64,000 bases of DNA from contig CAXXUA010000004.1 of assembly GCA_963663765.2 (NCBI GenBank), positions 32,001 through 96,000 of the forward strand, read 5' to 3'. Both the position numbers and the translations under genes were made by a program. This DNA is from Candidatus Poribacteria bacterium (lineage in GTDB: Bacteria; Poribacteria; WGA-4E; WGA-3G). This document shows, piece after piece, positions 8,859 through 19,080 of the stretch. The notes under the pieces are model-generated. The model was not told the DNA's origin and did not search any database. It worked only from the letters and a program-made list of their open reading frames with translations. Position 1 is the first letter of the stretch, and each line of letters opens with the position of its first letter.

Positions 8859-11093
8859 TTATTCTTTTTCAGCTGCTTCTATCTGTTCTACGATACATCC
8901 ATTCCAAACCCAATGTATATGTCTTTTATTGGTTTGATAACGCTTTTTTGGTGTGTAAATCACAAGAACAAGATACCCGTTTTCCACCTCAACCGTAGCA
9001 ACTTTTTCAACTAATTCGTTGAGTGGTGGTACTATAAGTTTTTTTATGATAGGTTTTCCGTTTGCTAACATATTGACTTCGTGTGTTGCATCTTCCGGTG
9101 TTTGAAAATAGTTGGTGATCTTATATGTGCCATTTGGTAGGTCAATTCTGAAACCTGCGTCTTCTGTACCATAGATAGCATCTCTTGTGAGTGAAGTGGA
9201 ACCTTCAGGTGGTCCGATAAATGCTGCACGAGGCGAGATTCTCCAGTTTGTGGTATTCAACTGATCTCTTGGATTCCATTCCGTATCCCATCCATATTTT
9301 CCACTTATATACATTGTTTTCGGTGCGACAATATAGTATCCTTCATCTATTACTGCATTATCAGGTTGCATATCAAAACGGATAATCAAGTTCCCATCTT
9401 CTGTTCTATCCCATAAGTTTAGTTGCGTTTCTTGTGTTTTTCTTCTGAATAGTTTTAATCGTTCAGTCTCATATATAATATCATAGTTAGGTGTAAGGTC
9501 GGCAAAAGTTTCTGTTTCAGGATAGTACCAAGCAACAACATAATCTGCCCGAATATAACTCAATGCTACACTATCTTTGTTGTTACGGTTAACAGGAAAA
9601 TAGTAATAGTTTGCCTCATAGTTTGCCATGTGGACAACATCATCCGCATAAGTACCATAAAATGCGGTTGAATGAACAAATGGTGTAACATACTTTATTG
9701 CATTCTCCTTTTTCATAGTTTTTTCTTCATAATTGTAATGTTCAAATTCAAACTTAGATTTGTTCCACCCACCTGTCCGATGCGTAAATGTTGTATGTGG
9801 TTCTATAAGCTTTACCCCCGATACAAGTTCAGTGATCTCTGTAGAGATGCGACCGTGGTCTAAAGCAGTCCTACCGAAATGGAGTAAGGTGAAAACAACA
9901 AGACATGTGGTTATAGAATATCGAATGAATGCATGTAAATTTGAGATTGTCCATAATGGTACCCCTTGTTGAGAAGTATCCGTATCCAATTCAGATGACT
10001 TTTTAACATCTGGAATAATCAACCATGGTGCCAACATCAGCAGAATGTAAATATGAATTCTGTCGTTGATCCATCCTCCCGGTCCATAACTCCACGGAGC
10101 TTTGAAATACATATAGGTGAACAGAATGGCTATGAGTAAGAATACATCGGTTTGTTTTAACCACTGCTTACGGACAATTCTGTATAATAAAGAGATAACA
10201 ATGGCAACACCTAAAACAACAAGCAGGAAGAAGTTTACTGATAGATGCCAATCCGTAAAATACACGATTGATTTAACACCCCAAAAGTAATCCATAAGCC
10301 ATTCAAAACCTCTATGACCACCTGTCGGATGTCGTTTAATACTCTGTAAATAGTATTCCATCAGAATAAAATAAATAGGCACCATATAAAGAAGGAATAT
10401 ATAAAAAGGTTTTAGGTTAAGAAAGAATTTTTTGAAAATTGCTGTAGCATTTTCTTTTCTTGCCTTCCATGCTTCTGATAACGCTTCACAACCCCATATA
10501 CACCCAGCTGCAACAGATATACCCAATACGACAAGTCCATAAGATGCGATATGGGACAGATAGGTTAGCAGCAGCAAGATGTAAAGGATACACAGATGTT
10601 TTATCTGTATATTATCCTTGTGCTTCCACCAGTAACCGAAACTGAAGAAGAAAAAGGACATGCTGAGTGTAAAGTTGTAAAATCCCATATAAAGAAGATA
10701 ATTGTATGCAAATGGAAATCCTAACCAAGCATACATATACTTCTCTTTATAATCTTTGTTAACCGCATGAAGGAAATAAAAGAATGAAATCGGAATCATG
10801 CCTATAGCGATCGTCAGTAAGATTTTTTCAGACACGACAGGAGGAAAAATATAGAGGAGTGCAGCAAGTACTATGTGAGATAACCAGTTTGGAAAGATGG
10901 TGATGTTGAGTTGCCATGCATCTCGGATCTTAAAATTTTCGTGTTTGGAATAGTCTTTTAGTACTAAAGCGTTGTAGACGTGACTTGCTCCATCTTGTGA
11001 AGGAAAATATGCAAATATCCAAAGCGGGAGAATATGAAGTATTAATAACACAACAAATAGGTGTTTCCATGATAAGTTTCTCCAATTAAACAT
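8859..11093 (-). CDS. Polytopic membrane protein, possible GT-C glycosyltransferase with C-terminal beta-sandwich domain
   Basis: PSQDGASH early loop, many TM helices, YMGFYNF; C-terminal FDMQP...GKYGW...FRIDLPNGTYKIT resembles a galactose-binding-like domain. Confidence 0.5.
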   Translation of the reverse strand: MFNWRNLSWKHLFVVLLILHILPLWIFAYFPSQDGASHVYNALVLKDYSKHENFKIRDAWQLNITIFPNWLSHIVLAALLYIFPPVVSEKILLTIAIGMIPISFFYFLHAVNKDYKEKYMYAWLGFPFAYNYLLYMGFYNFTLSMSFFFFSFGYWWKHKDNIQIKHLCILYILLLLTYLSHIASYGLVVLGISVAAGCIWGCEALSEAWKARKENATAIFKKFFLNLKPFYIFLLYMVPIYFILMEYYLQSIKRHPTGGHRGFEWLMDYFWGVKSIVYFTDWHLSVNFFLLVVLGVAIVISLLYRIVRKQWLKQTDVFLLIAILFTYMYFKAPWSYGPGGWINDRIHIYILLMLAPWLIIPDVKKSSELDTDTSQQGVPLWTISNLHAFIRYSITTCLVVFTLLHFGRTALDHGRISTEITELVSGVKLIEPHTTFTHRTGGWNKSKFEFEHYNYEEKTMKKENAIKYVTPFVHSTAFYGTYADDVVHMANYEANYYYFPVNRNNKDSVALSYIRADYVVAWYYPETETFADLTPNYDIIYETERLKLFRRKTQETQLNLWDRTEDGNLIIRFDMQPDNAVIDEGYYIVAPKTMYISGKYGWDTEWNPRDQLNTTNWRISPRAAFIGPPEGSTSLTRDAIYGTEDAGFRIDLPNGTYKITNYFQTPEDATHEVNMLANGKPIIKKLIVPPLNELVEKVATVEVENGYLVLVIYTPKKRYQTNKRHIHWVWNGCIVEQIEAAEKE

Positions 11094-11102
11094 ATTTGTT
11101 AC

Positions 11103-11771
11103 CTATTCTTTCATATATTCTTCATAATAGATACAGTGCTGTGTCAAAGGACACTTTTCACACAAAGGTTTTCTTGCATTACATATTTGTCTGCCGAAAT
11201 AGATTAGGTTCATGTGGAACGGATATGATTTTCCTTTAGGTATAATCAGAGGTAGTTCGTGATGTGCCTTTTCTGCACTACAGTTAGACGAAATCAATTC
11301 AAGACGTTTAGAAATGCGCAGGATATGTGTATCAACAGGAAAAATCTCTCTACCACAAGCAAAGGAGAGTGTGACAGATGCGGTTTTGATTCCGATACCT
11401 TTGTGTTGACAGAGGAATTCTAATGCTTCCTCTGTCTTCATGTCATGAATAAACTCTAAGGACAACTCTCCGTACTCTGACTTCAACCAAGAGAGAAAGT
11501 TTTTGATAGTCTCAGTTTTCTGTTTTCCCAATCCGACAATTCTGATTGTTGCTTCTACAGCATCTACATCTGCTTGAAGTACATCTTCCCAAGTTGGAAA
11601 TATCTCTCTAAGTTTTGCGTAACCCTTATCTCGGCTTACATCCGTTGTGTTCTGTGATAAAATAGTTAAAATAAGACATTCCAAGACATCTTCTGTTCCG
11701 TCCCATTGAGGAATCCCCATTAAATCTTCAAGCGTATCTGATATGAATTGTGCTTTCTGTTGTAATTCCAA
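11103..11771 (-). CDS. Endonuclease III-like HhH-GPD DNA glycosylase
   Basis: TILSQNT, HhH KGIGIKTA, PVDTH, C-terminal 4Fe-4S motif C-X6-C-X2-C-X5-C. Confidence 0.88.
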   Translation of the reverse strand: MELQQKAQFISDTLEDLMGIPQWDGTEDVLECLILTILSQNTTDVSRDKGYAKLREIFPTWEDVLQADVDAVEATIRIVGLGKQKTETIKNFLSWLKSEYGELSLEFIHDMKTEEALEFLCQHKGIGIKTASVTLSFACGREIFPVDTHILRISKRLELISSNCSAEKAHHELPLIIPKGKSYPFHMNLIYFGRQICNARKPLCEKCPLTQHCIYYEEYMKE

Positions 11772-11987
11772 TTGACTTTTTCCAGCATCCTTAGTTTTTA
11801 ATATTATAACACATTCAGGAAAAATAACAATTCTTTTTATGTGAATAGATTGTGCTGATTGTTTTGAATCTCGGATTGCACCAAATCATAGGTAATAATA
11901 ATGGAGTATGCCACACGTGCATGCTTCTTTAGGAGTTTTGATCCTTTTTTTCATAAGGTGCATCCGTAATGTTGTTAATAATGAAAA

Positions 11988-13346
11988 CTGACATTTATCA
12001 CAAGGTTGTTTATACTGCTAACAATCAATGTATAGAAGGGATAGTGTTATGAAAATGCGATTTGATTTTATAGATTTTTCTTGACTTTTAGCACATGAGA
12101 TATCATCCTAATTTAAAAAACTTATGACATATTCATAAAATAGGAGGCTATCTCATGCAAAATCATATTATCACTTCTGTAAAGTTTTTTCAAACACTTC
12201 TCTACTCTAATTTTCGAAAAATGACATCGGAACTTGAAGAAACCTTGCTTTTACTTTCAACCGGTCATCTATTTGGACTTTACAATTTGAATCAAATAGC
12301 AGACGCATTGTCTGAACCGAAAGTGAAACTCTATCGGTGTCTAAAAAGTTTCAGCCTTTATCAGTGGCGGTGTTTATTAGTGCGTATCGGGTGTTCCATT
12401 GCAATCCAAGAGATACGTGATACCGAATCTAAAAGTGCTTCTACACAATCCCGTCGTCGCATTACAATCAGTGTAGATGATACAAATGAGCAGAGATATG
12501 GCAAACTGTTGTCATACTGCTTCAGTTGGTGGTCAAAAAAAGATAATAGAGCGGTGCGATGCCGAAATATATTAGGGATCACCATCAAGATTGGAGATAT
12601 GATCATACCGCTCAACCTTCGTATTGTCAGCAAACAAGGGCGTGGCAACACAGATAAACCGAGCCTTTTTGTGGCTATGCTCAAAGAAGTTCTAAGTTTC
12701 TTTGATGCTGAAGGTATTGATCTGAGAAAATATCCTATCACTTTTGATTCGTGGTATGGCAGTAAAAAACTTACCGACATTCTGTCTGAAATGGGATTTG
12801 ATAGCATACTCATTCACGGGAAAAACAACTATGTGATGGACATTGATAACAAGTCCAAAAAACTTTCGGAACACAAAAAGGAAGTAGAACTGAACACAGA
12901 AAAATGGGGGTGTGACAAACCTCACTATCGCACCCAAGCGATAAGCCGAACATTCGGTCCTCTTGTGATACTCTTTTTTTCAGATATGGGCAAAATCCGA
13001 ACAATGCTGGTATTCGGTAAATCCTTACGATCTTGTGAGATACTCAGGAATTGGTCACAACACCACGGTATAGAACAATTTTGGCGATGCCTAAAATCAG
13101 ATTTGAAACTTTCAAAAATGAGTTTACGGAAACAGCAAGGAGCGTATGCTACTTTAGGTATAAAAGTGATGAGTTATCTCCTATTACAAGATTTGAGCCG
13201 TTTGCAACACAAAACATTTCATCAAATACAACTTGAACTTACAGGATAAAGAAAGATACTGCTAAAACTAAAAAAGCATTTTCATGAATGAATACCAACT
13301 AAACACTGATAAACATTGAAATCTCAAGAACTTTGAGAAATATCAG
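11988..13346 (+). mobile_element. Insertion sequence (DDE, IS4/IS701-like) with 6-bp TSD TGAAAA
   Basis: Imperfect TIRs CTGACATTTATCACAAGGTT / AACTTTGAGAAATATCAG; TGAAAA at 11982-11987 and 13347-13352; the empty-site sequence matches the paralogous GNAT upstream region at ~14341-14414. Confidence 0.85.
12155..13249 (+). CDS. DDE transposase (IS4 superfamily/IS701-like), possibly C-terminally truncated
   Basis: ISVDDT, TFDSWY, HHGIEQFWRCLKS catalytic motifs; the frame continues ~20 codons past the TAA through a second stop. Confidence 0.85.
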   Translation: MQNHIITSVKFFQTLLYSNFRKMTSELEETLLLLSTGHLFGLYNLNQIADALSEPKVKLYRCLKSFSLYQWRCLLVRIGCSIAIQEIRDTESKSASTQSRRRITISVDDTNEQRYGKLLSYCFSWWSKKDNRAVRCRNILGITIKIGDMIIPLNLRIVSKQGRGNTDKPSLFVAMLKEVLSFFDAEGIDLRKYPITFDSWYGSKKLTDILSEMGFDSILIHGKNNYVMDIDNKSKKLSEHKKEVELNTEKWGCDKPHYRTQAISRTFGPLVILFFSDMGKIRTMLVFGKSLRSCEILRNWSQHHGIEQFWRCLKSDLKLSKMSLRKQQGAYATLGIKVMSYLLLQDLSRLQHKTFHQIQLELTG

Positions 13347-13376
13347 TGAAAATATATTGCAGATTAAAGGAGATAC

Positions 13377-14291
13377 ATGGCAAATACATTGACTTTTAGA
13401 CATTGGCAACCCGGAGATGATGATGCTATTTTAGAACTGTTGGTCCCCGCAGAACAAGTCTACGAAGACTCTTATCAAACGAAGTTTGAGGATTGGCATG
13501 TTGAAATTGAGGCAGAAGCAATTCGTTTAGCACTTGTTAACAAAAGGGTTGTAGGGCACGTTCTCGGTGAACCTATTCTTTTGCACATTGAGGATAAAAT
13601 TCAGAAATTCGGATGGGTATCACATGTCTTTGTTGATCCAGACATGCGTCGGCAAGGTATCGCAACCCGCTTGATGAGTGAATTGCATTCCTACTTTCAG
13701 CGAAATGGATATCGTGGTAGTATTCTTGATACGGATGAAGAAGCAGCCATACGATTGTATCAGAAGATTGGATATAAGATGTTTACAAGAGAATTAGTAA
13801 CACAACTTTCCCCAAACCGAAATTCAACACGGCTCAAATGGACTAAAGTTAATTTAAATGACTTAAGTACCTTACCTCAATTGGATGAAAGATGGGCAAA
13901 ACAGAATTTTCCAGTTGAGTGTGTTCGGCAAGATATTGTCAAAAAACGTAGATTCATAAAAGTGCTTGAGTACAACATGAGCGGTTACCGAATTTTACGT
14001 CATGGTCAAAATATTGTCGGTTATTCGAGATGGGATGAACCCTCAGAACATCACCCACACGGATTAATTCGTGACCCTATCGTGCCGGATGAAGATTCGA
14101 TGGATGTTATTGCATCAGTCCAGGCAAGGATACTGGCACCTCGCGCTTGGCAAACAGCAGAGGGTGGAAAGTATGAAGAAACTCTTGTTTCATGCGGTTG
14201 TGTATTTAAACCCACAACATGGATTATAATGCATTTATCCTTTGGCGAAGAATTTGATTTGACAGGATACTACAAGACAGCTTGGTTGTAA
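13377..14291 (+). CDS. GNAT family N-acetyltransferase (copy 1)
   Basis: VFVDPDMRRQGIA motif A and A.RLYQKIGY; AAAGGAG RBS. Confidence 0.9.
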   Translation: MANTLTFRHWQPGDDDAILELLVPAEQVYEDSYQTKFEDWHVEIEAEAIRLALVNKRVVGHVLGEPILLHIEDKIQKFGWVSHVFVDPDMRRQGIATRLMSELHSYFQRNGYRGSILDTDEEAAIRLYQKIGYKMFTRELVTQLSPNRNSTRLKWTKVNLNDLSTLPQLDERWAKQNFPVECVRQDIVKKRRFIKVLEYNMSGYRILRHGQNIVGYSRWDEPSEHHPHGLIRDPIVPDEDSMDVIASVQARILAPRAWQTAEGGKYEETLVSCGCVFKPTTWIIMHLSFGEEFDLTGYYKTAWL

Positions 14292-14414
14292 ATTGCTATT
14301 TGCCTATGGATATAAAGCGTTATGTATTATTCATAGAAATTTGATTCCTTTTTTCATAAGGTGCATCCGTAATGGTGTTAATAGTGAAAATGCTTTGCAG
14401 ATAAAAGGAGATAC

Positions 14415-15299
14415 ATGGCAAACACATTGACTTTCAGACATTGGCAGCCTGGTGATGACGACGCAATTCTGAAATTGTTAGTTCCTGCTGAACAATGCAA
14501 TGAGTACCACTATAGAAGAAAGTTTAACAGGCCCAACCTTGAACCTGAAGATATTCGTATAGCATTAGACGGTGAGAGAGTTGTGGGACATGTTTTTGGT
14601 ACTCAAGCAACCTTATTCATTGAAGGTAAGGTACAAGATTTTGGTATTGTGTCGCTTGTATATGTTGCTACAGATATGCGGCGTCAAGGAATTGCAACCA
14701 GATTAATGGAAGACTTAAATGCTCACTTTCTTAGGAAAGGGTATAGAGGCAGTATTCTTTATGTAGAGACAACAGAAGCATTTCAACTATATCGTAAAGT
14801 AGGATATCAAGAACTCACCAAGGAATTAAGAACTATACTAAAACCGTGTACAATTACATCACCACTCAAATGGTCTGATGTAAAACCTGATGATTATGAT
14901 GACTTGAAACAGGTTAAGGAAAGATGGACAAAGATGAATTTCCCAGTTTTTTGGAGTCCGAATACATTGGAGATTCATCAACGTAATATGAATCAGTATC
15001 GCGCATTACGTCGGGGGACAAATATCATCGGTTATGCGAAATGGGATGAGCCTTCAGAACACCGACCAAATGGTTTAATATGTGACCCAGTAGTCCCAGA
15101 TGAAGACCCAATTGAAATAATTACATCAGTACAGTCTGTGGTTCCAACACAGCGCGAATGGAAAACTGTTGAAGTGAGTCTATACGAAGATACACTCATT
15201 TCCATAGGCTGCAAATTGCAGAAGGAAAAGAATATTGATATGTTGTTATCTTATGGTCAGGAAATAGATTTGACAGGTATTCATCGAACTTGGTGGTGA
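14415..15299 (+). CDS. GNAT family N-acetyltransferase (copy 2, tandem paralog)
   Basis: VYVATDMRRQGIA; N-terminus MANTLTFRHWQPGDDDAIL identical to copy 1. Confidence 0.9.
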   Translation: MANTLTFRHWQPGDDDAILKLLVPAEQCNEYHYRRKFNRPNLEPEDIRIALDGERVVGHVFGTQATLFIEGKVQDFGIVSLVYVATDMRRQGIATRLMEDLNAHFLRKGYRGSILYVETTEAFQLYRKVGYQELTKELRTILKPCTITSPLKWSDVKPDDYDDLKQVKERWTKMNFPVFWSPNTLEIHQRNMNQYRALRRGTNIIGYAKWDEPSEHRPNGLICDPVVPDEDPIEIITSVQSVVPTQREWKTVEVSLYEDTLISIGCKLQKEKNIDMLLSYGQEIDLTGIHRTWW

Positions 15300-15342
15300 A
15301 ACTATCAAACATAGAACAGAAAGCAACTCATCAAGCGATCTG

Positions 15343-16113
15343 CTAATCTTCATTGAAATAGTTCAAGACTTTGGAGTGCAAAACACCATTTGTTGCGATC
15401 AGCGAATCAGTATCTTTCGTGATAGATTGTCCTTGTATATCTGTCACCGTTCCGCTTGCTTCTCGGACAATAACTGTAATTGCAGCGATGTCCCAAATGC
15501 TTATTGCTGCTTCAACCACTGCGTCCACTCTACCATTAGCTAGTAGATGATACATATAGAAATCACCAAAACCCCTGGAACGTGCTGCGTCGTTGATAAG
15601 ATAGTAAATCCCGGGGAATGTATCATTTTCTACAAACCATTTTAACCCACCGTGACAGATCATGGTGTCTGAAACTTGTGAGACATCGGATACCTGAATT
15701 GGTTCTCTGTTTAGGAATGCGCCATTGCCTTGTTCTGCATAGAGAAGTTCATTTAACAACGGTGCGTTTGATACACCAAGGATAAGTTCGTCATCTTTCA
15801 TCAAGGCAATCTGCGTGCCAAAAAATGGAATTTTGCGTATGTAATTTTTCGTTGCATCGATGGGATCAATAATCCAAGTATAGGGTGATGTTCCTTCCTG
15901 CATGCCGAATTCTTCTCCCATGAATCCGTGCTCTGGAAATACTTGTTTAATAGTTTCTCGTATTGCTTTTTCTGCATCGGTATCCGCGCGAGTGACTGGG
16001 GTTTCATCATCTTTTAGTTCAACTGTGATAGTATCAGTTGTATAGTATGAAGTAATAATATCTTCTGCATTTTTCGCTGCATCTAACGCGACGTTCAAGA
16101 AATCACTGGGCAT
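15343..16113 (-). CDS. Inositol monophosphatase family protein, probable histidinol-phosphatase (HisN-type)
   Basis: GEEFG, WIIDPIDATKNY, RSRGFGDF, WDIAA motifs. Confidence 0.8.
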   Translation of the reverse strand: MPSDFLNVALDAAKNAEDIITSYYTTDTITVELKDDETPVTRADTDAEKAIRETIKQVFPEHGFMGEEFGMQEGTSPYTWIIDPIDATKNYIRKIPFFGTQIALMKDDELILGVSNAPLLNELLYAEQGNGAFLNREPIQVSDVSQVSDTMICHGGLKWFVENDTFPGIYYLINDAARSRGFGDFYMYHLLANGRVDAVVEAAISIWDIAAITVIVREASGTVTDIQGQSITKDTDSLIATNGVLHSKVLNYFNED

Positions 16114-16172
16114 AAATTCACCTCACAAAATAGATGGCCTGGATTTTTGTTCATATTTTAGCCTAAATACAT

Positions 16173-16532
16173 TCAACGTAACCAGCGAGTCACAGTTGTA
16201 AAGAATGATCTATGTTTAGCAACAAAACGGTAGATAAATTCAGACAACGGAGCATATCCAGGAAAGTTGTAGTAACACCATAGTACCAACCGATTATTCA
16301 GGACATAAAAAACAGCCTCTGCTCCAGACAGGACTTTCCCGTTTACTAAAACTAACTTCACTGAATTTTGGAACTCTGAGATTGATATATCTGGAAAATT
16401 AGACGCTACCTCTTGATATGGGGCATAGTCAACTCGATCTGCAGTCAAATGTTGCATTCGATTAACCCAATATCTACAAAATTCACAGTCTGAATCGTAG
16501 ACAAGAAGAGGTTTATTTAGTTGTGATTGCAT
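16173..16532 (-). CDS. DCC1-like/DUF393 thiol-disulfide oxidoreductase family protein
   Basis: LVYDSDCEFC (DxxCxxC), GAEA, YRFVAKHR. Confidence 0.85.
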   Translation of the reverse strand: MQSQLNKPLLVYDSDCEFCRYWVNRMQHLTADRVDYAPYQEVASNFPDISISEFQNSVKLVLVNGKVLSGAEAVFYVLNNRLVLWCYYNFPGYAPLSEFIYRFVAKHRSFFTTVTRWLR

Positions 16533-16638
16533 CAGTTCTATCTTCTGAATTTGCTTGATTCCCTTATAATTCCAATTTAAATAAATCTTGTCTCATTAAG
16601 GAATTCTACTGTTTACTGGCAGGGGTTTACTCTCTTCG

Positions 16639-16775
16639 GTAGGAGCGACCTCCTGGTCGCGACAGTTTTGATACATGGTCTCTATACGGTCGCGACCAGG
16701 AGGTCGCTCCTACCAACGCATAGAGAGGTCGCTCCTACCAACGCATAGAGAGGTCGCTCCTACCAACGCATAGAG
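16639..16775. repeat. GTAG-family REP doublet with three 25-bp tandem copies of the right half
   Basis: GTAGGAGCGACCTCCTGGTCGCGAC ... GTCGCGACCAGGAGGTCGCTCCTAC, then GAGGTCGCTCCTACCAACGCATAGA at period 25 (16701, 16726, 16751). Confidence 0.85.
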
Positions 16776-16830
16776 GTGTCACTCCAAACAGTCCAAGTGT
16801 GTAATTAATTCCATAGTTTACCATAGTATA

Positions 16831-16920
16831 ATACCAAATTAACGTAATTTATCTTTTTTCAACGGTAGGTGCGGTTTCCTAACCGCACACTTAGCAAGAC
16901 GACTCACGTTAATTGGGTAT
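16831..16920. mobile_element. Small MITE-like element (ATACCAAATTAACGT...ACGTTAATTGGGTAT) holding a single REP
   Basis: Near-perfect 15-bp inverted ends; internal GTAGGTGCGGTTTCCTAACCGCAC hairpin. Confidence 0.6.
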
Positions 16921-16926
16921 AACAGA

Positions 16927-18156
16927 TTATTTCCATGCACACTTTATTTTAGCAATTGCTTCAACGACTTGGTCCATATCAGATTGAGTGCCAAGAAGTA
17001 GATTTTGGAATAACCAAACACTTTCCTTACAAACTAATTCTACATTTGGACATGGTAATGTACGAATAAGGTGTGGGTATTTTTCTGCGACATGTGCCAT
17101 TCCAGGTTCTTGCGATAGTGGAGAACGATAGCCGATTGAACAAGGTATACCTTCCGCAGACAATGCTTTAACAAAATCGTCTCGCGATTTACCACTGAAG
17201 CCATCTGAATTATACTTCATGCAGTAGAGGTGGTAGCCATGTTTTGTAACCCATGATGCTTGAATAGGTGGTGTTATCCCCGATATGTCGGTTAACGCAT
17301 TTGAGAGATATTTTGCATTTTGGTTTCGTTGGTCTGTTTGTGTCTCAAGGAGTTCTAACCGAACTGACAGCAGTGCTGCGAGGTATTCAGATGGTCGGTA
17401 GTTCCATCCTAAACGAGGATATTCCCACCTTGCACCGCCAGGTGCGCGTCCAACATTCATAAAAGCACAAACGCGATCATGTATGTCTTTATCATCTGTA
17501 GTAACCATTCCGCCTTCACCCGAAGTTAGATTCTTGGAGGATTGAAAACTGAAAGCACCGACATCTCCAAGTCCACCTACCTTTTTAGTATGATATTCTG
17601 CTCCATGTGCCTGTGCGCAATCTTCAACAATCTTGAGTTGATGTCGTTGTGCAATATCTTGTAATGCGCCCATTTCTGCTGGATGACCTCCAAGATGAAC
17701 AGGTAAAATTGCACGTGTTTCTGGTCGAATTGCTGCCTCAACTGCTTTGGGATCAATCGTGGATGTATCAGGACAAATATCAACAAATGCTACAGTGCAT
17801 CGTCGTTCTAAAACAGCACTTGCAGTCGCAACAAATGTATAATTTGGGACGATAACTTCCCCACCATGACTGAATCCATCAAGGTCGAGTGCACTTGCTA
17901 ATGCAGCACTAATTGCATCAGTTCCGTGTGGCATGAATAACGCGTAATTAGTTCTAGTGTATTTGGCATACTTTTCACAAAAATGCGGTATCATCTGTCC
18001 ACTGCTACCTTCGTTGCCACTCATATAGACATCGCGAAGAAGGGGTTCAATTATTGTATTCCATTCTTCAGATGAACGTAACGGCCAAGATAGCCACGGA
18101 TGGGTTTTTGTGTCCCGTACGGGTGTGCCACCCATTATTGCCAATTCGTTTGACAT
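16927..18156 (-). CDS. DegT/DnrJ/EryC1/StrS family PLP aminotransferase
   Basis: PVHLGG, EDCAQAHGA, FSFQSSKNLTSGEGG (catalytic Lys), GWNYR. Confidence 0.93.
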   Translation of the reverse strand: MSNELAIMGGTPVRDTKTHPWLSWPLRSSEEWNTIIEPLLRDVYMSGNEGSSGQMIPHFCEKYAKYTRTNYALFMPHGTDAISAALASALDLDGFSHGGEVIVPNYTFVATASAVLERRCTVAFVDICPDTSTIDPKAVEAAIRPETRAILPVHLGGHPAEMGALQDIAQRHQLKIVEDCAQAHGAEYHTKKVGGLGDVGAFSFQSSKNLTSGEGGMVTTDDKDIHDRVCAFMNVGRAPGGARWEYPRLGWNYRPSEYLAALLSVRLELLETQTDQRNQNAKYLSNALTDISGITPPIQASWVTKHGYHLYCMKYNSDGFSGKSRDDFVKALSAEGIPCSIGYRSPLSQEPGMAHVAEKYPHLIRTLPCPNVELVCKESVWLFQNLLLGTQSDMDQVVEAIAKIKCAWK

Positions 18157-18453
18157 ACAAAACTCCGAATATAAGATTAAATTCTTACCTTATACCTACC
18201 TTATACAAAATATAGCGTATCCTAATAGATGAATATTTGCAAGAATAAAAATAATTTTGATATATGTGAAAATTGATACTATAATTAAGAGATTGTAGAA
18301 CAAGCAGAATAGAGGCATTGATTTTAAAAATCATGTTTGTAGAAATTTCTACAATTGAATGTCTCTATAATCACTCAAGATATTTTTGGTATATTTGTCC
18401 AGACTTGAGTACCACTAATATGATACAGCGAAAATAATAATAGGAGATGAATT

Positions 18454-18981
18454 TTGAAAAAAACTTTTTTGATGCTGCTATTGATAGGATGTGCAGTAAT
18501 CCATTTTACAAGTTGTGAGAAGTCAGTGAGAGATTCTATGAATGATATTGTTGATTCATCAGAAACACCGACAAAGGACGACCCTGAAGCGTATACTGTA
18601 GCACTTGTGCAGTCTGCGATTGATCTTTTCAAAACGGAAGGTCGCGAAGTCGTTATAGCTTACCACAATGATCCAACCAATATTGATGGACAATGGTATG
18701 TGTTTATTACTGATGAAAACGATATTTTTCTTGCACATGCGCAGAATCTACAATTAGTCGGTACGGATCTTAAGGATGTCATTGGACTTGATGGATCCGC
18801 CCTTGGCGTAGAAATTGCGATGGCAACTGATGAAGGAAAGTGGATTGAGTATTTGTGGCCTAACCCAGAGAGCGGAAATGATGAAATGAAACGGACCTGG
18901 GCAATTAGGTATGATGGTTATTTATTCGGTTCGGGATATTACTCTCCAGTAAGTGATGATTCCGAATCTAAAGATAATTAG
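18454..18981 (+). CDS. Single Cache-domain lipoprotein
   Basis: Lipobox-like FTSC, QWYVFI, G.WIEYLWPNP...KRTW..RYDGYLFGSGYY. Confidence 0.75.
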   Translation: MKKTFLMLLLIGCAVIHFTSCEKSVRDSMNDIVDSSETPTKDDPEAYTVALVQSAIDLFKTEGREVVIAYHNDPTNIDGQWYVFITDENDIFLAHAQNLQLVGTDLKDVIGLDGSALGVEIAMATDEGKWIEYLWPNPESGNDEMKRTWAIRYDGYLFGSGYYSPVSDDSESKDN

Positions 18982-19003
18982 TTAGAAAAGTCATTTATAC
19001 ACA

Positions 19004-19049
19004 GATAGGAACAATAGCAAGGTACAAGTACCTTGCTATTGTTCCTATC
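19004..19049. terminator. Perfect 22-bp inverted repeat between convergent genes (probable bidirectional terminator)
   Basis: GATAGGAACAATAGCAAGGTAC-AA-GTACCTTGCTATTGTTCCTATC. Confidence 0.6.
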
Positions 19050-19080
19050 GTGATTTCACCTTCAAGAATTATTCAGAAGG

